Positions 42,410 to 52,190 of a DNA stretch of 52,459 nt are shown piece after piece. The stretch comes from a virus (lineage: Duplodnaviria; Caudoviricetes), in the IMG/VR virus record IMGVR_UViG_3300009155_004654, positions 1 through 52,459 of that record, one strand, 5' to 3'. Under the pieces are notes generated by a model, which saw only the letters and a program-made list of their open reading frames with translations, searched no databases and had not been told where the DNA came from. Every line of letters begins with the position of its first letter. Within the stretch, counting starts at the first letter, position 1. Both the position numbers and the translations under genes were made by a program.

Positions 42410-43723
42410 ATGGCTAAAAAAACTTACGTTCTAGATACAAGTGCTTTGATTACAGATACAGAATGTGTAAATTCATATGGTAATAATGATATTCTTATTC
42501 CAATTAAAGTATTGGAAGAATTAGATAAGCATAAAAAGCGTCAAGATTTGGTAGGAGCAAGTGCTAGAACTGTTATTAGATTTCTAGATTCTCTCCGCTC
42601 AAAAGGTTCCTTATACGAAGGCGTTAGATTAGGAAAAGGAAAAGGTATCCTTAAAGTTAAAGGATATAATCCAAATATGGAGTTTCCACCAGAGCTTGAC
42701 TTGGACGTTCCAGATCATCAAATTTTGGCAGTAGCCCTAAGTGAAAAAACAGATAGTAGAAAAGTTATTGTTGTATCAAACGACATTAACATGAGAGTTG
42801 TTTGTGATTCAATTGGTATGGAGTCCGAAGATTGTAGCCCAGAAAAAGTAGTTGAATCAAGTTCTAGCTTGTTTCATGGATTTACAGATATCTTGGTAGA
42901 TGATGAATTTATTGATAGATTTTATACAAACGAAAGAATGGAATTACCAGAACAAAAACAGAAGTTATTTCCAAATCAATATCTAATGCTTATTTCTTCG
43001 TATGATAACAAGAAAACAGCCTTAGCAAAATATATTGGACCAAATCAACCATTAGCTAAATTGGCTAACCTTGGTAAAAAAGGTGTATTCAATATTAAAC
43101 CAAGAAATAAAGAACAAAACTTTGCTCTTGACTTGTTAATGAATCCAGATATTCCACTTGTTTCAATCGTAGGTAAAGCTGGTTGTGGTAAAACCATGCT
43201 TGCTATTGCTGCTGGATTAGAACAAACAATTGGAGTAGATAGTAAATATTCTCGTTTGATTGTTTCTCGTCCTGTTCAGCCTATGGGTAAGGATATTGGT
43301 TTCCTTCCCGGTACATTAGAAGAGAAAATGTCTCCTTGGCTTCGTCCAATTCAAGACAACTTACAATTTTTAATGGGTAACGATAAAATTACTCTTGAAA
43401 TGTATATGCAGAAAGGTGTTATTGAAGTCGAAGCAATTACATATATTCGTGGACGCTCAATATCCAACGCCTATATCATTATAGACGAGGCACAGAACTT
43501 ATCCATGCATGAGATCAAAACTATCATTACTCGCGTTGGAGAGAATTCTAAGGTCATTCTAACGGGTGATATCGAACAGATTGATAACGTATATGTAGAT
43601 GAAACCACAAACGGTCTTACATATGTAGCAGAAAAATTTAAACCATACGATCTTGCTGGTCACATAACTCTAATGACGGGCGAACGTTCAAAAGTAGCGA
43701 CTTTGGCTTCTCGCATTCTCTAA
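42410..43723 (+). CDS. phoH: PIN-PhoH (PhoH2-like) protein
   Basis: PIN YVLDTS..VLEELDK; GKAGCGKT, IGFLPG, YIRGRS, IIDEAQN, TGDIEQID. Confidence 0.93.
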   Translation: MAKKTYVLDTSALITDTECVNSYGNNDILIPIKVLEELDKHKKRQDLVGASARTVIRFLDSLRSKGSLYEGVRLGKGKGILKVKGYNPNMEFPPELDLDVPDHQILAVALSEKTDSRKVIVVSNDINMRVVCDSIGMESEDCSPEKVVESSSSLFHGFTDILVDDEFIDRFYTNERMELPEQKQKLFPNQYLMLISSYDNKKTALAKYIGPNQPLAKLANLGKKGVFNIKPRNKEQNFALDLLMNPDIPLVSIVGKAGCGKTMLAIAAGLEQTIGVDSKYSRLIVSRPVQPMGKDIGFLPGTLEEKMSPWLRPIQDNLQFLMGNDKITLEMYMQKGVIEVEAITYIRGRSISNAYIIIDEAQNLSMHEIKTIITRVGENSKVILTGDIEQIDNVYVDETTNGLTYVAEKFKPYDLAGHITLMTGERSKVATLASRIL

Positions 43724-43745
43724 TGTAAAAAAAAATTATTTTCTA

Positions 43746-43786
43746 CCTTTAATAATAAAATAAACAACTATTTATTATTAAAGGAG
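43746..43786 (+). promoter_or_regulatory. RBS-sequestering hairpin containing late promoter
   Basis: CCTTTAATAATAAA (43746-59) pairs perfectly with TTTATTATTAAAGG (43771-84), covering SD AAGG; ACTATTTA at 43767. Confidence 0.7.
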
Positions 43787-43794
43787 TAAATAAA

Positions 43795-44379
43795 ATGATT
43801 ATTGAAATAATAGAAACTGAATTAGCAAAAGATAAAAAATGTATAATAAAATGTGATATTTGCGGAGATACTAAAATAGTTAAATTTTGGGGTCCATGCT
43901 ATAAAGAAATACATAAATGTAGAAAATGTGCTGCATCCGAAAGTGGTAAGGGAAGGACTTATTCACTTGAAACAAGAGAAAAGATTAGTAAATCAAATAT
44001 AATTACAAAAGGAAATAAATCTGAAAGAAGACAAGGAAATGGATATAAAGGTAAGCTATTACCAGTTGGTATCGAACATCCAAGAATAAAATCATATAAG
44101 GGTGGAAGATACATAATGGAACATATTCTTGTTATAGAAGAAAAAATTGGAAGATTTATAAAAGAAGATGCTATAATTCACCATATTGATGGGAACAAAC
44201 TAAATAATAATATAGATAATTTATTTTTAATAGAAGAAGAAAACAGCAAAACAATACATATGCAAATACATAATGAATTAGAAAAATTAGCTTTTGAATT
44301 AGTAAAAAATAAATTAATTTTATTTGAAAATGGACATTATTTATTTGATGAAAAAATAAAAACTTTAATAAGAGGATAA
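43795..44379 (+). CDS. HNH homing endonuclease
   Basis: YIMEHILV..IGRFI..IHHIDGNKLNNNIDNL. Confidence 0.88.
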   Translation: MIIEIIETELAKDKKCIIKCDICGDTKIVKFWGPCYKEIHKCRKCAASESGKGRTYSLETREKISKSNIITKGNKSERRQGNGYKGKLLPVGIEHPRIKSYKGGRYIMEHILVIEEKIGRFIKEDAIIHHIDGNKLNNNIDNLFLIEEENSKTIHMQIHNELEKLAFELVKNKLILFENGHYLFDEKIKTLIRG

Positions 44380-44380
44380 A

Positions 44381-44632
44381 ATGGAAGAGAATACACAAGT
44401 AGTAACTGATAACCCTATGAAAGAATGGTTAGTTGATTATGTAGGGCAAAAAATGAGGCCAGAAAATGGTGAAGTAACAGTAGAATTGATTGTAGAAGCT
44501 ATGGCTAATGAATTCCCAGATTTCTTGATTACTGTAGCAAAAGAAAATTGGCTTAGAGGATATCAACAAGCTCTACATGATGTTGATTATGGTGAATTGA
44601 GTAAAAATGAAGAACCAACCCAACCTTCTTGA
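44381..44632 (+). CDS. Hypothetical protein
   Basis: SD GAGG; operon position. Confidence 0.65.
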   Translation: MEENTQVVTDNPMKEWLVDYVGQKMRPENGEVTVELIVEAMANEFPDFLITVAKENWLRGYQQALHDVDYGELSKNEEPTQPS

Positions 44633-45341
44633 GTATATGAAAAAATCTTCTACTAATTCTAAGAAAAGTCATAAAGAAAGGGTATTCCTTGATGGAATTC
44701 ATGTTCTTATAAAAGATCAATTTACAACAGATATTGATCTTGATAAAGTTCTTAACAAGATTAAGTCAACAATACCCCACTTTCTTTTTCAAAATGTAGA
44801 AGCAATTTATATAGGTCAATTTAAAGAGCTTAAAGAAAGGGAACTTAATGCAGCTTATATGGATGGTGCTTTATATTTAACTAACGAACAAAAAAGTGAA
44901 GTAAATATGTTGGAAGACATAGTACACGAAATAGCTCACTCAATTGAAGAATTAGCAAATTTTGATATGTATACCGATAATAAACTTAATAGAGAATTTG
45001 CTATAAAAAGAGCAAAGCTTAAACAAATATTAAAAGATAATAAATTTGATACTAGTAAATATGATTTTCTAAGTATAGAATACAATAAAAAATTTGATAT
45101 GTATTTGTATGAGGAGGTAGGATATCCAATTCTTAATACTTTAACTGTTGGGCTATTTTGTTCTCCATATGGAGCAACATCTATTAGAGAGTATTTTGCT
45201 AATGGATTTGAGTTCTTCTTCCTAAAGGATAGAGAAACAGTAAAACAGATATCTCCTCAATTATATAGAAAACTTGTAGAAATAGAAAAAGGTTTATTTT
45301 TTGATAACATAGATGAAGTAACTGAAGATATACCCTATTGA
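44607..45341 (+). CDS. Zincin-like metallopeptidase domain protein
   Basis: IVHEIAH with downstream YG..SIREYFA third-ligand motif. Confidence 0.65.
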   Translation: MKNQPNLLEYMKKSSTNSKKSHKERVFLDGIHVLIKDQFTTDIDLDKVLNKIKSTIPHFLFQNVEAIYIGQFKELKERELNAAYMDGALYLTNEQKSEVNMLEDIVHEIAHSIEELANFDMYTDNKLNREFAIKRAKLKQILKDNKFDTSKYDFLSIEYNKKFDMYLYEEVGYPILNTLTVGLFCSPYGATSIREYFANGFEFFFLKDRETVKQISPQLYRKLVEIEKGLFFDNIDEVTEDIPY

Positions 45342-45391
45342 CCTATGCTCTAGTAGTTGTTATGATAGTGGCATAGAAAAAAGGAAGTATC

Positions 45392-46165
45392 TTGTCACAT
45401 ATTTCATTCTCCGAACTTAAAGTTTGGAATGAGTGCCCACATAAGCACAAACTTCAGTATATTGATAAAAACAAAGTATTTACTTCAACACAATATACCT
45501 GTTTTGGTATTGCTATCCATGAAACTTGTGAGAAATCACTACTTAAAGAAATCAAGGAGGAGCAACACAGTGAATACTTTGAAGCAAAATTCAAGGAAGA
45601 ACTCAAGATCCTTGATGGTCAAGTTAAAATTGACCAAGTTCTTATTAATGATATGGTGGAGCAGGGTAAAGCAATCCTCTCAGAGCTTTACAAGAGCCTT
45701 AATAGTTATATGGAAGGCTACGAAGTAGTAGCTACTGAACAACCTCTTTTTGAGCGTATCCAAAACCTTGACTTTGAGTATGACTTCAAGGGTTTTATCG
45801 ATCTTATCCTTAAAACACCAGATGGTAAATATCACATTATTGATTGGAAGACCTGTTCATGGGGTTGGGGCACCGATAAACGTTCAGATCCTATGATCAA
45901 CTATCAACTTACATATTATAAGATGTTTTATGCTCAAAAATTCAATATTGATCCTAAAATGATTGAAACTCACTTTGCTCTTTTGAAGCGAACAGCTAAA
46001 AAAGACCGTGTTGAGTTTTTCCGTGTAACGAGTGGAACAAAAAAGACAGAAAACGCAAATTTACTATTGACAAAGGGAATTAAGGCGATTAAAAGTAATA
46101 AGTATATTAAAAATCGTCTATCTTGTAGTGGATGCGAGTTTTATAAAACAGATTTATGCAAGTGA
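45392..46165 (+). CDS. PD-(D/E)xK nuclease (RecB/Cas4-like exonuclease)
   Basis: HISFSEL..ECP; ATEQ, KGFIDL, IIDWKT, QLTYY, CSGCEFY..C. Confidence 0.88.
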   Translation: MSHISFSELKVWNECPHKHKLQYIDKNKVFTSTQYTCFGIAIHETCEKSLLKEIKEEQHSEYFEAKFKEELKILDGQVKIDQVLINDMVEQGKAILSELYKSLNSYMEGYEVVATEQPLFERIQNLDFEYDFKGFIDLILKTPDGKYHIIDWKTCSWGWGTDKRSDPMINYQLTYYKMFYAQKFNIDPKMIETHFALLKRTAKKDRVEFFRVTSGTKKTENANLLLTKGIKAIKSNKYIKNRLSCSGCEFYKTDLCK

Positions 46166-46172
46166 GTAATAA

Positions 46173-47423
46173 ATGGATAAAAAAATAAAGATTTTAACAC
46201 TATCAGATCACCCTTTTTCACCATCTGGGGTAGGAACACAAACCAAGTATATTATTGAGGGATTGTTGAATACAGGAAAGTATCAATTTATCTCTCTTGG
46301 TGGTGCGGTTAAACATCAAGATTACAGACCACAGAAGACAGAACAGTGGGGAGACAATTGGATTGTGTTTCCTGTTGATGGATACGGTAATAAGGATATG
46401 ATCCGCTCAATTATGAGGACAGAAAGACCAGATGTTATTTGGTTTATGACTGATCCTCGTTTTTGGGGTTGGTTATGGGAAATGGAGAACGAAATTAGAC
46501 CAAACATACCTTTGGTTTATTACCATGTTTGGGATAACTACCCATATCCAACCTTTAATCGTAAGTTTTACCTATCAAACGATCATATTGCTACTATTTC
46601 CAAGCTTACAGATGATATCGTAGCTACCGTAGCACCAGAAGTAGCAAGAACTTATGTACCACACGCTGTTGATACTAATATCTTTAAGAGGTTACCAGCA
46701 GAAGAGATCATTAAATTTAAGAAAGAGAACTTAAAGATTGAAGATGATAGATTAATCTTCTTTTGGAACAATAGAAACGCTAGACGTAAACAATCTGGTT
46801 CGCTTATATGGTGGTTTGCTCAATTCTTAAAGAAAACAGGAACAAAAGCAACTCTTATCATGCATACAGACCCAAGAGACGTTCATGGTCAAGATCTACA
46901 TGCTATTATGAAGGAATTAGGACTTGTAAATAGAGAAGTTCTTATCTCCGAACAAAAAGTTCCACCACAAAACCTAGCTTATTTCTATAATGCTGCTGAT
47001 GCTACTATCAATATCTCCGATGCAGAGGGATTTGGTCTTGCTACGCTTGAATCACTTGCTTGTGAAACACCAATTATAGTGACTAAGACAGGTGGACTTC
47101 AAGATCAAATAAGAAATGGTAATCAATTGTTTGGTATCGAGATTATTCCAGCCTCACAAGCTGTAATTGGTTCACAAGAAGTTCCATTTATCTATGAAGA
47201 TAGAATTAGCCAAGAACAAATGGTTGGTGCTCTTCAAACATTTACAGAAATTCCAAAAGAAACAAGAAAACTAATTGGACAAGCAGGTAGACAACACGTT
47301 ATAGATAATTTCAACTTTACAGATTTTATTAATCGTTGGGATACTATCTTAACTGACACTTATAACAAAGGTGTTTGGCCTAATAAATCTTACAAAGGTT
47401 GGGAGTTTAAAGAAATCGCATGA
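46173..47423 (+). CDS. GT4-family glycosyltransferase
   Basis: SGVG, PHAVDT, RNARRK, AEGFGLATLESLAC. Confidence 0.9.
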   Translation: MDKKIKILTLSDHPFSPSGVGTQTKYIIEGLLNTGKYQFISLGGAVKHQDYRPQKTEQWGDNWIVFPVDGYGNKDMIRSIMRTERPDVIWFMTDPRFWGWLWEMENEIRPNIPLVYYHVWDNYPYPTFNRKFYLSNDHIATISKLTDDIVATVAPEVARTYVPHAVDTNIFKRLPAEEIIKFKKENLKIEDDRLIFFWNNRNARRKQSGSLIWWFAQFLKKTGTKATLIMHTDPRDVHGQDLHAIMKELGLVNREVLISEQKVPPQNLAYFYNAADATINISDAEGFGLATLESLACETPIIVTKTGGLQDQIRNGNQLFGIEIIPASQAVIGSQEVPFIYEDRISQEQMVGALQTFTEIPKETRKLIGQAGRQHVIDNFNFTDFINRWDTILTDTYNKGVWPNKSYKGWEFKEIA

Positions 47424-49396
47424 AAAAGAAATTATTAGTTACAGGACCAGCTTTAACTGCTTCTGGTTATGGTGAGCAATCCAGATTTGCCCTTAGAGCC
47501 CTTCGTTCAAGAGAAGATCTATTCGATATCTACCTTACTCCTACTTCTTGGGGACAGTGTGGATGGATACACGAAGATAATGAAGAACGTGCTTGGATTG
47601 ATAGTTTAATCATGAAAACAGTTCAATATACGCAAGCTTCTAACAATCAACCACAATATGATATATCACTTCAAATCTCCATTCCAAATGAGTGGAAGAA
47701 AATGGCTCCAATTAATATTGGCTACACAGCAGGAATTGAAACAAATAAGATTTCTCCTGCTTGGGTTCAACCTTCAAACGAAATGGACAAGATTATCGTT
47801 GTTTCAAGTTTTGCTAAAAAAGGTTTTGATAACGGAGTTTTTACAGCAGTTAATCAACAAACTGGTAAACAGATACAGGGATACAAAGTTAATACTCCAA
47901 TTGAAGTAGTTAATTATGCTTCAAGAAAGATTGATGGTATAGAACTTGATTTAAACCTTACAACAGATTTCAATTTTCTTGTAGTTGCTCAAGCAGGACC
48001 AAGAAAGAATTTAGCAAATACTATCAAATGGTTTGTTGAAGAGTTCAAGAATGATAATGTAGGTTTGATTTGTAAAACCCATCTTGGTGGTTCTTCTCAA
48101 ATTGATCGAGAAGCAATAACGAATAATCTAAAACAAATCTTAGAACAACACAAAGATAGAAAATGTAAAGTTTATCTTCTTCATGGTGATATGAGCGAAG
48201 GAGAAATGACTTCTCTTTATACCCATCCAAAAGTTAAAGCATTAGTATCTCTATCTCATGGTGAAGGCTTTGGTTTGCCCTTATTTGAAGCAGCAGGATT
48301 AGGACTTCCAGTAATTACAACTGAATGGTCTGGTCATACAGATTTTATGTATTGCCCTAACAAAGAAGGAAAAGTAAAACCACATTTTGCAAGAGTAGAT
48401 TTCACACTTGGTCCTGTCCAACCAGAAGCGATATGGGGAGGAGTAATAGAGAAAGATACTATGTGGTCGTTCCCTGTTGGAAACTCTGCTAAAAGCGAAA
48501 TGAGAGGGGTTTACAAGGATTGGAATAGATACCGTGGACAAGCAAAACGTCTTGCCCTTCATATCGAGAAAGAGTTTGCAGCAGAGAAGATTTATGAAGG
48601 ATTTGTTGAATATGTTTATGGCAAAAGAATAGAAAAGTTTGATATGAATAAACTTCCAAAAATTTCACTTGTAACTTCTATATTTAAAGCTGATGAATAT
48701 ATTGAACAATTTATGGACGATATTACTAGACAAACAATTTTTAAAGATAAATGTGAATGGATTATAATAAATCCAAATTCTCCCGGCAACGAAGAAGAAG
48801 TTATAAAACGTTATATAGAAAAATATCCAGATAATATTATTTATAAAAGATTAGATTACGATCCCGGTATATATGATACATGGAACATGGGTATTCAAAT
48901 GGCAAATGGGGAATACATAACTAATGCTAACGCAGATGATAGAAAAGCAATAAATTCAGTTGAAGAACACGCAAAAGCCTTATACCAAAATCCAGAAACT
49001 GATCTTGTTTATGCAGATAGCTATATAGCAAAAGAATCCAATAAACGTTGGGAAGATATTAGATCAGATTGGCAAAAATATAATTTTGAACAATTTTCAT
49101 TAGAAGCTATGCTTAGAGGTAATCCACCACACAATAATCCTATGTGGAGAAAATCAGTACATGATAAAAATGGTTACTTTGATCAAAAATATAAATCAGC
49201 AGGGGATTGGGATTTTTGGTTAAGGTGTGCATTTAATGATTCAAAATTTATGAAGATAAATGATACTCTAGGTGTATATTATTTTAATCCAGTTGGAATG
49301 AGTACAAATCCAGAACATGATAGCTGGAAGAAACAACATGAAAAAGAAATATTTATGAAATATTTAGAAATATATCAAGAGAGAATGAATAAATGA
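47420..49396 (+). CDS. GT4 + GT2 bifunctional glycosyltransferase
   Basis: SGYG..RKN..GEGFGLPLFEA; then KISLVTS..NADD..AGDWDFW. Confidence 0.88.
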   Translation: MKKKLLVTGPALTASGYGEQSRFALRALRSREDLFDIYLTPTSWGQCGWIHEDNEERAWIDSLIMKTVQYTQASNNQPQYDISLQISIPNEWKKMAPINIGYTAGIETNKISPAWVQPSNEMDKIIVVSSFAKKGFDNGVFTAVNQQTGKQIQGYKVNTPIEVVNYASRKIDGIELDLNLTTDFNFLVVAQAGPRKNLANTIKWFVEEFKNDNVGLICKTHLGGSSQIDREAITNNLKQILEQHKDRKCKVYLLHGDMSEGEMTSLYTHPKVKALVSLSHGEGFGLPLFEAAGLGLPVITTEWSGHTDFMYCPNKEGKVKPHFARVDFTLGPVQPEAIWGGVIEKDTMWSFPVGNSAKSEMRGVYKDWNRYRGQAKRLALHIEKEFAAEKIYEGFVEYVYGKRIEKFDMNKLPKISLVTSIFKADEYIEQFMDDITRQTIFKDKCEWIIINPNSPGNEEEVIKRYIEKYPDNIIYKRLDYDPGIYDTWNMGIQMANGEYITNANADDRKAINSVEEHAKALYQNPETDLVYADSYIAKESNKRWEDIRSDWQKYNFEQFSLEAMLRGNPPHNNPMWRKSVHDKNGYFDQKYKSAGDWDFWLRCAFNDSKFMKINDTLGVYYFNPVGMSTNPEHDSWKKQHEKEIFMKYLEIYQERMNK

Positions 49397-50049
49397 AATT
49401 AATAACTTACGCACTTTGGGGTAACAACCCAAAATATAACGTAGGGGCTATTAAAAACGCAGAGTCAGCCTTGGAGTTATATCCCGGCTGGCTTTGCCGT
49501 TTTTATTGTGCTAAAGACGTACCTACACAAACTATTGAAAAGTTATCGTTATTTAACAATACACAAATAATACAAACTGATGAAACTTCTAATTGGAAAT
49601 ATTCAGTAAATAGATTTTTACCTATGTCAGAAGATGGTATAGAAAGAATGATATCAAGGGACACAGATTCTAGAATAACAAAAAGAGAAGTTGATGCAGT
49701 AAATGCTTGGATCTTAAGCGAAAAAAGTGCTCATGTAATGAGAGATCATCCATATCATGGTGGATTTCCTGTTTTGGCTGGTATGTTTGGGATAAAAAAT
49801 GGTGTAATAAAAAATGTAAAAGCATTATTACACCTCGCACAACAAGTTCCAGAACAATATCATTATGATCAAATTTTTTTACAAAACTTTATTTGGCCTT
49901 ATATTGAAAATAATGTTATTATTCATGATGAGTTTTTTACAAATAATCCTTTCCCTTCAAGAAGAATTGGAACAACATATGTTGGACAACCATTTAACGA
50001 AGACGATACCCCATGCTACCCAGAGCATTCTAATATGGTAATTAAATGA
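49393..50049 (+). CDS. Putative GT-A glycosyltransferase-like protein
   Basis: LWG..Y..GA..RF..SRDTDSR (DxD), MRDHPYH, DQIFL. Confidence 0.6.
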   Translation: MKLITYALWGNNPKYNVGAIKNAESALELYPGWLCRFYCAKDVPTQTIEKLSLFNNTQIIQTDETSNWKYSVNRFLPMSEDGIERMISRDTDSRITKREVDAVNAWILSEKSAHVMRDHPYHGGFPVLAGMFGIKNGVIKNVKALLHLAQQVPEQYHYDQIFLQNFIWPYIENNVIIHDEFFTNNPFPSRRIGTTYVGQPFNEDDTPCYPEHSNMVIK

Positions 50050-50732
50050 AAACTTGTCTTGTTATGATTCATTTAGGTCTTGGAGATCTGATATTGTGTA
50101 ATGGTCTTATACGAGAGATAAAGAAACAAAATGATTTTGTATTTGTACCAATAAAATCACATAATTTATTTAATTTTAAAGATTTATTTAAAGACGATAA
50201 AGAAATAAAGCCTTTAATTGCAAATACAGATAAAGAAGCTTTTAATTATTCAAATGGATTATTTGATTCAATAATAAAAACTGGTATTTTTTGCGAAAGT
50301 AAACATAAAATTTATGAAGATTTTTGTGAACAATTTTATTACCAAGCAAAAGTAGATTATAATAAAAGATGGGATAATTTTTATTATAAAAGTAATACAA
50401 CAAAACAAGATGAATTATACAATAAAATGGTAACTAATGATGAATATGTATTTGTTCATCAAGACATAGAAAGAAATTTAATAATTAATAAAACATTTTC
50501 TAATGCAATATCTGCAAATCATAAATTTTCTCAAGAAAGTCAATATTCAATATTTGATTATCTAAAAATATTAGAAAATGCAAAAGAAATACACTGTATT
50601 GATAGTTCCTTTGCTTGCTTTATCGATCATATTGAAACTTTAAAAGATAAACCAAAATTTATTCATCGTTATGTTAGAAAATATAATGAAAATCCAACCT
50701 ATAAAAATAATTGGATAATTATAAATGAATAA
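50046..50732 (+). CDS. GT9 (heptosyltransferase)-like protein
   Basis: N-terminal HLGLGDLI and C-terminal HCIDSSF resemble GT9 GD and DSG motifs. Confidence 0.45.
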   Translation: MKTCLVMIHLGLGDLILCNGLIREIKKQNDFVFVPIKSHNLFNFKDLFKDDKEIKPLIANTDKEAFNYSNGLFDSIIKTGIFCESKHKIYEDFCEQFYYQAKVDYNKRWDNFYYKSNTTKQDELYNKMVTNDEYVFVHQDIERNLIINKTFSNAISANHKFSQESQYSIFDYLKILENAKEIHCIDSSFACFIDHIETLKDKPKFIHRYVRKYNENPTYKNNWIIINE

Positions 50733-51135
50733 TAAAATATTTACTAATGGATGTTTTGACCTTTTACACTTAGGTCATATAGAATTGCTTAAATATGCTA
50801 AATCATTAGGTGATTATCTTGTTGTTGGTCTTAATAGCGATCAAAGTGTAAAAAAAATAAAAGGTGATTCAAGGCCCATTAATAATGAATTTACAAGAAA
50901 AACAATTTTAGAATCTTTAAAATTTGTTGATGAAGTTATAATATTTAATGAACCAACACCTTTAAATTTGATACAAAGAATACAACCACAAATAATTGTA
51001 AAAGGTGGAGATTATAAAAAAGAAGAAGTAGTAGGATATGAATATGAAAAACTTGGATTACTAGAGGTTAAAATATTTAATTATGTCAGCAACAATTCAA
51101 CAACTGAAATCATTAAACGTATTAGTAATAGGTGA
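50725..51135 (+). CDS. rfaE2: D-glycero-D-manno-heptose 1-phosphate adenylyltransferase (HldE domain II / RfaE2)
   Basis: FTNGCFDLLHLGH, VGLNSD.SV..KG..RPIN, KGGDY, STTEIIKR. Confidence 0.9.
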   Translation: MNNKIFTNGCFDLLHLGHIELLKYAKSLGDYLVVGLNSDQSVKKIKGDSRPINNEFTRKTILESLKFVDEVIIFNEPTPLNLIQRIQPQIIVKGGDYKKEEVVGYEYEKLGLLEVKIFNYVSNNSTTEIIKRISNR

Positions 51136-51853
51136 TTACTGTATAGATCAATTTAGCTATGGTAGCTGCCTGCGGCTAAGCCCAGAAGCACCAGTTCCAG
51201 TATTTGATATAAAATATACAAATAAAATGGAAGGTATGGTTGGTAATGTATATAAAAATTTACAAAATTTAGGTTTAAATGTATTTTTAATAAAAAATGA
51301 AGAAACAGTAATAAAAACTAGATTTGTAGATTTAAAAACTAAACAGCATCTATTAAGAGTTGATGAAAGTAATATAATTAAAAAAATTGATATAAATAAT
51401 ATAAAATCATTTAAATATGATGCAGTAGTAATATCTGATTATGATAAAGGATTTATTACTAATGATATTATACCAAATTTACTAGCATTATTTAATTGTC
51501 CAATTTTTGTTGATAGTAAAAAAACAGATTTAAGTAAATACGAAAATTGTATTATTAAAATAAACGAAACAGAACATAGTAAAGTTCAAAAATATCCAAC
51601 AAACTATAAACTAGTAGTTACTCTTGGAGAAAATGGAGCCTTATATAATAATAAAATTATACCAACAAACAAAGTTCAAGTATTTGATGTTAGTGGTGCT
51701 GGAGATACTTTTATAGCTTCTTTAGTTACTAAGTATCTAATATCTAATGACTTGGAAAAATCTATAAAATTTGCAAATATTTGTTCATCAATAGTTGTTA
51801 CTAAAAGTGGCACAGCTACTATAAATTTTGAGGAAATTATAAATGAAATCTGA
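51083..51853 (+). CDS. rfaE1: Heptose 7-phosphate kinase (HldE domain I / RfaE1, PfkB family)
   Basis: VIGD..D, RLSPEAPVPV, KTR, ISDYDKG, FDVSGAGDTF. Confidence 0.88.
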   Translation: MSATIQQLKSLNVLVIGDYCIDQFSYGSCLRLSPEAPVPVFDIKYTNKMEGMVGNVYKNLQNLGLNVFLIKNEETVIKTRFVDLKTKQHLLRVDESNIIKKIDINNIKSFKYDAVVISDYDKGFITNDIIPNLLALFNCPIFVDSKKTDLSKYENCIIKINETEHSKVQKYPTNYKLVVTLGENGALYNNKIIPTNKVQVFDVSGAGDTFIASLVTKYLISNDLEKSIKFANICSSIVVTKSGTATINFEEIINEI

Positions 51854-52190
51854 AATACATAAAAAAGGTTGGGGATACGAAAAGTGGATAGTTAATAAAG
51901 AACAATATTGTGGAAAATTACTATTCTTTAACAAAGATAGAAAATGTTCTTGGCATTTTCATAATATAAAAGATGAAGTTTTTTATTTGCAATCTGGAAA
52001 AATATTAGTTAGATATAGTGAAGCAAATGATATTGAGAATGCAAACGAAATTATCCTAAACCAAGGAAATTCTTTCCATGTTTATGTTGGTTTAAGACAC
52101 CAAATGATAGCACTAGAAGATAGTGAGCTGTTTGAATTTTCAACTCAACATTTTGAAGAAGATAGCGTGAGGATTATAAAAGGTGATTGA
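51843..52190 (+). CDS. Cupin-fold sugar isomerase-like protein
   Basis: KGWGYE..YCGK..CSWHFH..KDEVFY..RHQM..EFSTQH. Confidence 0.78.
   Translation: MKSEIHKKGWGYEKWIVNKEQYCGKLLFFNKDRKCSWHFHNIKDEVFYLQSGKILVRYSEANDIENANEIILNQGNSFHVYVGLRHQMIALEDSELFEFSTQHFEEDSVRIIKGD

Larger units (their letters stand above)
210..43774 (+). promoter_or_regulatory. Putative phage late promoter motif ACTA(T/A/C)TTA (dispersed copies)
   Basis: Copies just upstream of genes at 210, 797, 1545, 7292, 9910, 22321, 22852, 24824, 25260, 25936, 26864, 27281, 29045, 32598, 33889, 34190, 40006, 41773, 42381, 43767 (TCTATTTA variant at 25260 and 40006); single element without -35, analogous to T4 TATAAATA. Confidence 0.75.

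Noticed and set aside
45392-46165. Cas4-like gene as sign of CRISPR-Cas
   Set aside because: No repeat-spacer array or other cas genes in the window; solo PD-(D/E)xK nucleases are common in phages
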